This document shows, in pieces, positions 57,690 to 64,000 of a stretch of DNA of 64,000 nucleotides; position 1 is the first letter of the stretch, and each line of letters opens with the position of its first letter. A model generated the notes under the pieces. It saw nothing but the letters and a program-made list of their open reading frames with translations, did not search any database and was not told the origin of the DNA. Source of the DNA: Candidatus Latescibacterota bacterium (lineage in GTDB: Bacteria > Latescibacterota > UBA2968 > GCA-2709665); contig CAXXJS010000010.1 of assembly GCA_963662665.2 (NCBI GenBank), positions 288,001 to 352,000 of the forward strand. The letters run 5' to 3'. The translations under genes were made by a program, and so were the position numbers.

Positions 57690-60098
57690 TTATCGTCGGC
57701 GCTGGAGCGATGCAATCCTGAAGATGCTGTCCCGTTTAATGTTCAGGTCGGCATTCAGGTCCTTGACGGTCATGTGAAGTGAGTAGCGACCCGGGTCCGC
57801 CTGTCCCAGGTCCAGTTCCACGAAATCCGACACCCAGATTTCGTTGCCGACCTGTTCATATCGCACCTCGATTGCTTCGCCGTCTTTCCGGATTCTGGGC
57901 AGAAAGGTCCTGGGCGATTTGTTGCTTGTGGACTTGGAGATGACCTCGAACGTCACTTCATATCGGGTATTTCCGAAGGCATCTTTTTCCAGATTATAGA
58001 CTTCGAAGTAGACGAAGACGGAGTTGCCAACGTAAAAGGTACGGGACGGCGCCGGAAGGATATCCCAACCCTGACGCACGAATTTCGGGTTGGATCCTTC
58101 TCGGGTCTCCTCCACGTTCTGAGCGATCTGGATGTCGCTCATCATGAGGTCGTCCCCGCGATAGTCGGGCAGTTCCAGGGTCTGCTGGTAGACCTGGAGC
58201 ATATCCGTCTTCTTTCGCCAGGCCTCCAACGCAAGCTGATACACGCCCGGCGCAGCGGCAATGTCGATGCGGTCCAGCGCCAGCAGGCTCCGGCCCAGGT
58301 TGGCGTCCGTTACCGGCACCGCGAGGTCGTCGCTTCGTTTGTGGAGCCGTCCGCTGCGGCTGTCGACAAGTGCGACGCGGCGATTGACAACGATGGTCGT
58401 GTCGATGTCGCCGGGCCGGGCCACGTTGTCAATGGGCAGCCCGATGTTGAGTTGCAGTTCGGTCTTGCCGTCGCGCCCGCGAAAGGAAAGGGCTTCGTAA
58501 TAGTAGTCCAGGGGATCCAGTGTTTCAAATGCGTATCGTTCCGGTTCTTTACTGGCAACCCTCGTCATGCGGGCCGCGGGAGAAAGCGTGTTGAGCCGGT
58601 TGACCATATTGCGAAACGGACCGCCCCGGCTTTGCATGTTGTATTCATTAATATCTTCCGGGCCAAGGACAGGTTCCGGCGCGTAGTCGAAGTTGCCCGT
58701 GTTGAATTCGTCCGTGAAGGCGATTTCAATGCCTCCGTCTATATCAGCGTAGATCCAGACGGCCCATGGAACGGCGGACCAGTCGCCGCTGGACGTTATG
58801 GGTTTGTATCGTTCCAGGCCGATCGAGGTTTCGTCGATTGCCTCACCGGGTCGTGAACTTGCGCGGACCTCCGAGTTGCGCCAGGTATTCTCGGCGGCCT
58901 GCGCGGAACGGATGGGGTAGACCGGACCCACGAACGTGAGGGCCAGGGCATTGTTTCCGTAAAGCTGATGGGCCATGCGCTCCTGGACGCGCTGGACCTT
59001 GAGGGGCATCTGGGCATTGAGTTCGCGCCAACTGGAACGGAAGTCGGGCTCTCCGTAGCGGATATAAATCTCGCCCCGCCGGTCGTAAGGGAACTTTTTC
59101 TCTCCAAAAAACGTACGGGCGTACCAGACCCGGCGGTAGTGTTCGACCCGCCGCATCGCGCCGGCCGACGACTTGAAGGGATCTTTTCTAAGCCAGAAAT
59201 TTCGCAGGAATATCTCGCGTGTTTCCGGTGTCGTCGTACGATATGCCTTGACTTCTCGGGAGTGGCCGACTAGCGAAATATCTTCGTACAGGGCCTGTTC
59301 CTCAGGCGTGAGGCTGTCGATATACTGCGAGAAGGCCACCAGCGCAGCTTCATAATCGCGGTCGGCCATAAGCGCCTGAGCGACTATCGGCAAGCCTCGC
59401 GAACCACCGAGCCGCTCCGCGATTTCCCGGGCCCTGTCGAGTTCCTTCTGTTTGAGCAGTTCAACGGCGAATTCATACGCTGCTGTCTGGTCGTTCGGGC
59501 GTTGTTCGAGATACTTCTTGTAGAATGTGTGGGCGGCCCGTTTGTTGTTTTCCCGCTGGTAGAGTTTTGCCAGAAACAGGTATGGCGCCGCGTAGTTCGG
59601 ATCCACCTGGATACACTTGTCCGCGGCTCGCCTGGCGGCCGTGGTTTTCCTGGAACGCAGGTAAGCGCGGGCCATCATATAGTGGGCTTCCGCGTACGTG
59701 GAATCCAGGTCAACGGCCCTTTGCAGGGGAATGAGGGCGGCGCGGGGCCTGTTTCGGAGTTGGAGGCGGACTTCGCCCAGGCCGAGATAGGCTCCCGCAA
59801 GTGTCGTGTCCCGGTCAACGGCGGCCTGGAAGGCGACTTCCGCGCTGTCCGCCTCCTGCAGCCGCACGTGCAGGTTTCCGATTCGGATCAGCATCCCGGC
59901 CGGATGGATGGCTTCGGGCAGAGCGGCGTTGAGTTCGTCGAGGATTTCGCGCACGTCGTCCATCCGTTCAGTGGTCTGACCATGAGCGTAGAGGGAGTCG
60001 ACGGCTGCGGGGGAAAGCGAGAAAACGGCGGATGGCGCCAACAGAACAATTACGCACATCCCGGCAATTAATATCGATACGGCTCCTACAGGGCGCAT
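57690..60098 (-). CDS. TPR + GWxTD-domain protein (paralog of 38510-40972)
   Basis: Signal peptide, TPRs, FWLRKDP...EHYRRV...YDRRGEIYIRYGEP. Confidence 0.85.
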   Translation of the reverse strand: MRPVGAVSILIAGMCVIVLLAPSAVFSLSPAAVDSLYAHGQTTERMDDVREILDELNAALPEAIHPAGMLIRIGNLHVRLQEADSAEVAFQAAVDRDTTLAGAYLGLGEVRLQLRNRPRAALIPLQRAVDLDSTYAEAHYMMARAYLRSRKTTAARRAADKCIQVDPNYAAPYLFLAKLYQRENNKRAAHTFYKKYLEQRPNDQTAAYEFAVELLKQKELDRAREIAERLGGSRGLPIVAQALMADRDYEAALVAFSQYIDSLTPEEQALYEDISLVGHSREVKAYRTTTPETREIFLRNFWLRKDPFKSSAGAMRRVEHYRRVWYARTFFGEKKFPYDRRGEIYIRYGEPDFRSSWRELNAQMPLKVQRVQERMAHQLYGNNALALTFVGPVYPIRSAQAAENTWRNSEVRASSRPGEAIDETSIGLERYKPITSSGDWSAVPWAVWIYADIDGGIEIAFTDEFNTGNFDYAPEPVLGPEDINEYNMQSRGGPFRNMVNRLNTLSPAARMTRVASKEPERYAFETLDPLDYYYEALSFRGRDGKTELQLNIGLPIDNVARPGDIDTTIVVNRRVALVDSRSGRLHKRSDDLAVPVTDANLGRSLLALDRIDIAAAPGVYQLALEAWRKKTDMLQVYQQTLELPDYRGDDLMMSDIQIAQNVEETREGSNPKFVRQGWDILPAPSRTFYVGNSVFVYFEVYNLEKDAFGNTRYEVTFEVISKSTSNKSPRTFLPRIRKDGEAIEVRYEQVGNEIWVSDFVELDLGQADPGRYSLHMTVKDLNADLNIKRDSIFRIASLQRRR

Positions 60099-60335
60099 GG
60101 AATTCCTTTCGGTTTCGAACGAGCCGGAGGGTTGCATCGGCGGATCGGGACTTCTCCCCGGGGGTGATCGTGGATTTCCCCTCGTTTTACGCCGATTGAG
60201 CCGAATTGTTTCAAGTTTTCGCGTGTGCTGCAATTTCTGCTTTCCGCTTGACAGTGAGGGTGGCGAAGGGTATACTCACCTGTCGAAATCAGCTTCAGGC
60301 ACAGCGACCTGCATTTGTGAAACAGGTAATAAACG

Positions 60336-62129
60336 GTGGATGTCGATCCCGCGCCAACTGTATTGAATGCCCCCCAGGCGGCAAACCGCTTCCGTAACCG
60401 GATCGTTCGGTTTTTTCCCAGGTTGAATCTCAGTGAACAATCCTTTCTGATCAGCTTGGCCATTCTGGTCGGGGTAGGTTGCGGAGCGGGTTCCGTACTG
60501 TTTCAATGGCTGCTGGACGCGGCGCACAGGCTGCTGTTCGTAGACGCGCCGGCACTTCTTGGTAATCCCTTCCTGTTCCCCCTCATACCTGCTCTGGGCG
60601 GCCTGGCGGCCGGGTTGATCGCCAGTTTCTATGCGTCTGAGGCGCGTGGCCCCGGCGTTGCGGAAGTGATGAACGCAATCATCACCAGGCGTGGCGTGAT
60701 TCGCGCGCGTGTAATGGTTGCCAAGGCGTTTGCGTCTGCATTCACACTCGGATCGGGCGGGTCGGCAGGCAGCGAGGGACCGATTATCCAGATCGGGGCC
60801 GCATGGGGATCCACAGTCGGACGGCTGTTCAGATTCTCAGAGGCGAACCTGAAAACGCTGATTGCCTGCGGTGCCTCGGCCGGTATCTCCGCCATTTTCA
60901 ACGCGCCGATCGCAGGCGTGCTTTTTTCGCTGGAGATCATCCTCGGGGACTTTACGATTGCCGCGTTCACGCCTGTTGTGATCTCTTCGGTGATGGCGGC
61001 CGTCGTTGCGAAGGCCTACATGGGAGAACGCCAGGTATTCGAGGTGCCGGACTATCAGTTCGTGAATCTCCACGAATTGGGATGGTACGTTATTCTGGCC
61101 GTTATCGCGGGAGTTGCGGGCGCTGTCTTCATCCGGTTGCTGTATGCCACGGAGGATCTTTTCAACAGGCAAGCCAACGGCATGCCTTCCTGGCTGAAGC
61201 CGGCCGTCGGCGGCGCGCTCGTGGGGCTCATCGGCCTTGGTTGCCCTCCCGCCATGGGTGTGGGTTACGAGATTGTAGGCGCCGCACTACAGGGACAGAT
61301 TCTGCTGCCCATGCTGGGTCTGTTGCTGGGGTTGAAGCTCCTTAGCACGTCGTTGACCGTGGGCTCGGGGGCGTCGGGTGGCTTGTTTGCGCCATCGCTC
61401 TTTGTGGGCGCCACGCTCGGCGGCGCTTTCGGCCGCCTGGCGGAGAAGTGGTTGCCCGGTGTCATCAGTCCACCGGGTGCCTACGCCGTGGTTGGCATGA
61501 GCGCCTTTGTCGCCGCTACGACGCATGCCCCCCTTACATCCTCGCTCATCATTGTGGAGATGACCGGAAACTACCGCCTCATCCTTCCGTTGATGTTCAC
61601 CACGGTTCTGGCCGTGGCTATGGCGCGTGTAATTGAACGTGAGTCCATCTATTCGCTGAAGCTCAGGCGCCGGGGATTGAATATACACCAGGGGCGGGAT
61701 CTGTCGGTATTGGAAAAACTACCGGTCTCGCGGATCGTACGCAGGGATTTCGATTTTATCAGGGAACACACTCCGTTGCGGGAGATTGTCGACCTGATCG
61801 GCCGCAGCAACCTGAACGATTTTCCGCTGATGGACGACAGGGGCGGGTTCAGGGGCATGATCTGGTTTCATGATATACGGGAAGTGATGCTGGAGTACGA
61901 TATGCACGCGCTGCTTATCGCCGAGGACGTGATGGGTAAACCCCCGCCCTTTCTCGAGCCCTCCAGTTCACTTGCCGACGCACTGGTTCAGTTTTCAAAC
62001 ACGGATGCGGATGCGCTGCCTGTATTTCGTTCCAATTCGCGTGAAGAACTGGAAGGGATCATTACCCGATCGGACCTGCTGCGCAGTTACGAACGGGAAC
62101 TCCTGATTCGCGGCCGGACGACGGGATAG
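60336..62129 (+). CDS. ClC chloride channel/antiporter with CBS domains
   Basis: GSGGSAGSEGP, FNAPIAG, GGLFAP, C-terminal CBS pair. Confidence 0.92.
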   Translation: MDVDPAPTVLNAPQAANRFRNRIVRFFPRLNLSEQSFLISLAILVGVGCGAGSVLFQWLLDAAHRLLFVDAPALLGNPFLFPLIPALGGLAAGLIASFYASEARGPGVAEVMNAIITRRGVIRARVMVAKAFASAFTLGSGGSAGSEGPIIQIGAAWGSTVGRLFRFSEANLKTLIACGASAGISAIFNAPIAGVLFSLEIILGDFTIAAFTPVVISSVMAAVVAKAYMGERQVFEVPDYQFVNLHELGWYVILAVIAGVAGAVFIRLLYATEDLFNRQANGMPSWLKPAVGGALVGLIGLGCPPAMGVGYEIVGAALQGQILLPMLGLLLGLKLLSTSLTVGSGASGGLFAPSLFVGATLGGAFGRLAEKWLPGVISPPGAYAVVGMSAFVAATTHAPLTSSLIIVEMTGNYRLILPLMFTTVLAVAMARVIERESIYSLKLRRRGLNIHQGRDLSVLEKLPVSRIVRRDFDFIREHTPLREIVDLIGRSNLNDFPLMDDRGGFRGMIWFHDIREVMLEYDMHALLIAEDVMGKPPPFLEPSSSLADALVQFSNTDADALPVFRSNSREELEGIITRSDLLRSYERELLIRGRTTG

Positions 62130-62350
62130 GCGCCGCCCGGGGTAGAGCCGGACCACGTCGGGTCGCACCCCGGAGCAGCCGATTCGCCGTGCGGGTATTT
62201 GAGGTCGTGACATTGGCCTATCCCCCTGTTTTTTTATGCCTTTTCACTTGACTCCGATTAACGGATGGTTTATTTTTCGCTTCGCCGGGCCGCGCTGCAC
62301 GGGCACCGGATTTCGATGGTGGTTTCGGGGCGTTTGCGGGAGAGGTTTTC

Positions 62351-62812
62351 ATGACCCTGATGGAAATTCTTTCTGGAAGGTCGGTTGTTGCCGGGTTGAG
62401 CGGCGGGAACAAACGGGAGATACTCGAGGAGTTGGTCGATGCCGTAGACAGCGAGAAGATAACCGATCGAGGGAAGGTCCTGGAAGCCGTGCTCCTGCGC
62501 GAGGACATAATGAGTACCGGCATCGGGCACGGTATCGCCATTCCGCACGGCAAATCCGAATTTGTGAGCGAGCTTGGCGGCGTCCTGGGCATCAAGCGGG
62601 AGGGCGTTGACTTCGACGCGCTGGACGACCAACCGACGTTCATCTTCTTCCTGCTGGTTTCGCCGATGGATGTTTCAGGGCCGCATATCAAGGCGTTGGC
62701 GCGCATCTCCCGCCTGCTCAAGGGAGAGGCCTTTCGCCGGCATCTCATAGAGTCGGAGGACCGGGAGTCCCTCATTGCATGTATCGAAGAAGAAGAGAAA
62801 CTTCATTCGTGA
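62351..62812 (+). CDS. PTS IIA component (PtsN/fructose type)
   Basis: REDIMSTGIGHGIAIPHGK, HIKALARISR. Confidence 0.9.
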   Translation: MTLMEILSGRSVVAGLSGGNKREILEELVDAVDSEKITDRGKVLEAVLLREDIMSTGIGHGIAIPHGKSEFVSELGGVLGIKREGVDFDALDDQPTFIFFLLVSPMDVSGPHIKALARISRLLKGEAFRRHLIESEDRESLIACIEEEEKLHS

Positions 62813-62844
62813 ATTTTATAGTAGCGCCCCCCGAAGTGCGACAG

Positions 62845-62876
62845 CCTGCGATCGATTGAGTAGCAGGTTTTTTTTG
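62845..62876 (+). terminator. Intrinsic terminator after PTS IIA
   Basis: CCTGC...GCAGG followed by a T run. Confidence 0.6.
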
Positions 62877-63066
62877 TACGTGGAGTGAGATTACCAGTCC
62901 GGCGCAAGGCAGGTACCCCGCGTCTGAGCGGACCTCCGGCCCTGCCCCGGGGGTTTCGGCAAAAGGCCCGCCTGCGAGGTTCGGAACCGGCACGACGGTC
63001 CCCCTCCGCCCCGCCGCAGTTTTGATGTTTCGAACGCGTGAGTTTGCGTTTCCAGGTTGGACAGGG

Positions 63067-64000
63067 ATGTTTGGTCTATCGTTTTCATCACCGGCCGTGT
63101 TGTATGGATTGTGGGCCGCACTGTTGCCGCTGGCGATTCACCTGTTAAACCGAAGGCGGGCCGTGACCGTTGCGTTCAGCAACGTGGCTCTCCTGGAGAC
63201 ATTGCAACAGGACCGAATGCGCCGGGTCAGGTTGAAGCAGGTGCTGGTGTTGATTCTGCGCACACTGGTCATATTGCTCCTGGTGCTTGCATTCGCCCGC
63301 CCTGCGCTAAAAGGGGTGGGCGGCAACGGCGCTGTGCGGACGTCTGCGGCGCTTCTTCTGGATCGATCTCTGAGCATGAGTTACAGGGTGCCTGAGGGAA
63401 CCCTGTTCGACCGGGCCCGAAGTCGGGCGAAAGAGGTTCTGCACCTGTTCGACGCCGGGGACGACGCACGTCTGTTCCAGGTGGATGATCGCGTGGAGGA
63501 GATCGGGCAAGTCCGTCCAGACCGACTTGCGGCCCGGCTCGAGGTAATGAAGCCCTCGCACAGAGGGACGAATTTCCGGCCCGCGTTGGAAGCCGCGCTG
63601 GAACGTGCCTCTCAAACCGGGATTCCGAACAAAGAGCTCTTCGTCTTCTCGGATTTCGCCCGAAACGGCTGGTCGGAGGTACCCGATACGCTTTTCAAGG
63701 GTCGGGATATCACCGTGTTTTGCATTCCGGTACGCCCGTCCGATCCGGACAATATGGGCATCCGCCGGGCGTCTCCCGTCGATGGGATTCTTGCTGCCGG
63801 GAACGCTTCCACGCTCAGGGTGTCGCTGATGGATTACGGAGGCCCCGTCCGGCTGCGTGCGGCGGTACAGGTCTACCTTGACGGTCGCCGGATCGGTCAG
63901 CGTGTCATCCGTACCGAGATCGGTACCTCCCGGCGTCTCCACTTCAGGTTCGTTCCGGAAAGGGGGGGCCAGATCCCCCTGCGCGTCGAGCTTGGCGACG
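63067..64000 (+). CDS. BatA-domain/VWA protein (partial, runs off window end)
   Basis: PLAIHLLNRRR...FSN...LILRTL...AFARP, then LLDRSLSM; open to the end of the window. Confidence 0.85.
   Translation, partial: MFGLSFSSPAVLYGLWAALLPLAIHLLNRRRAVTVAFSNVALLETLQQDRMRRVRLKQVLVLILRTLVILLLVLAFARPALKGVGGNGAVRTSAALLLDRSLSMSYRVPEGTLFDRARSRAKEVLHLFDAGDDARLFQVDDRVEEIGQVRPDRLAARLEVMKPSHRGTNFRPALEAALERASQTGIPNKELFVFSDFARNGWSEVPDTLFKGRDITVFCIPVRPSDPDNMGIRRASPVDGILAAGNASTLRVSLMDYGGPVRLRAAVQVYLDGRRIGQRVIRTEIGTSRRLHFRFVPERGGQIPLRVELGD

Overview
GC-rich bacterial chromosomal window. GWxTD/TPR proteins, a T9SS/FlgD-type C-terminal domain and BatA suggest an FCB-superphylum lineage such as Latescibacterota or Gemmatimonadota (inference). 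Main content, left to right: (1) thiL, copA and a LysM-amidase. (2) An expanded phage-shock-protein cluster (4.4-14 kb): sigma54 promoter with tandem activator sites, pspA, PspB-like proteins, STAS protein, ECF sigma, NfeD, flotillin, a soluble TPR histidine kinase and a REC-fused PspF-like activator. (3) An unannotated module: a 594-aa protein, a 49-aa Gly/Asn/Arg-rich micropeptide behind a second copy of the pspA-type enhancer/sigma54 architecture, and a beta-CASP nuclease. (4) A DUF6883/DUF4926 pair, an IS1182-disrupted epimerase, thiI, LysR and ino1. (5) A 9.2-kb AT-rich IS1595-family cargo transposon (8-bp TSD) that splits a lipoprotein gene and carries nested IS1380 and IS21 elements, small cargo genes and two candidate structured RNAs. 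(6) An AbiE-type TA module bracketed by a duplicated lpdA 3' end, the PDH operon, a split PFOR, vapBC, two GWxTD proteins, ClC, PTS IIA and BatA. All family calls come from motif recognition by eye; no database searches were run.
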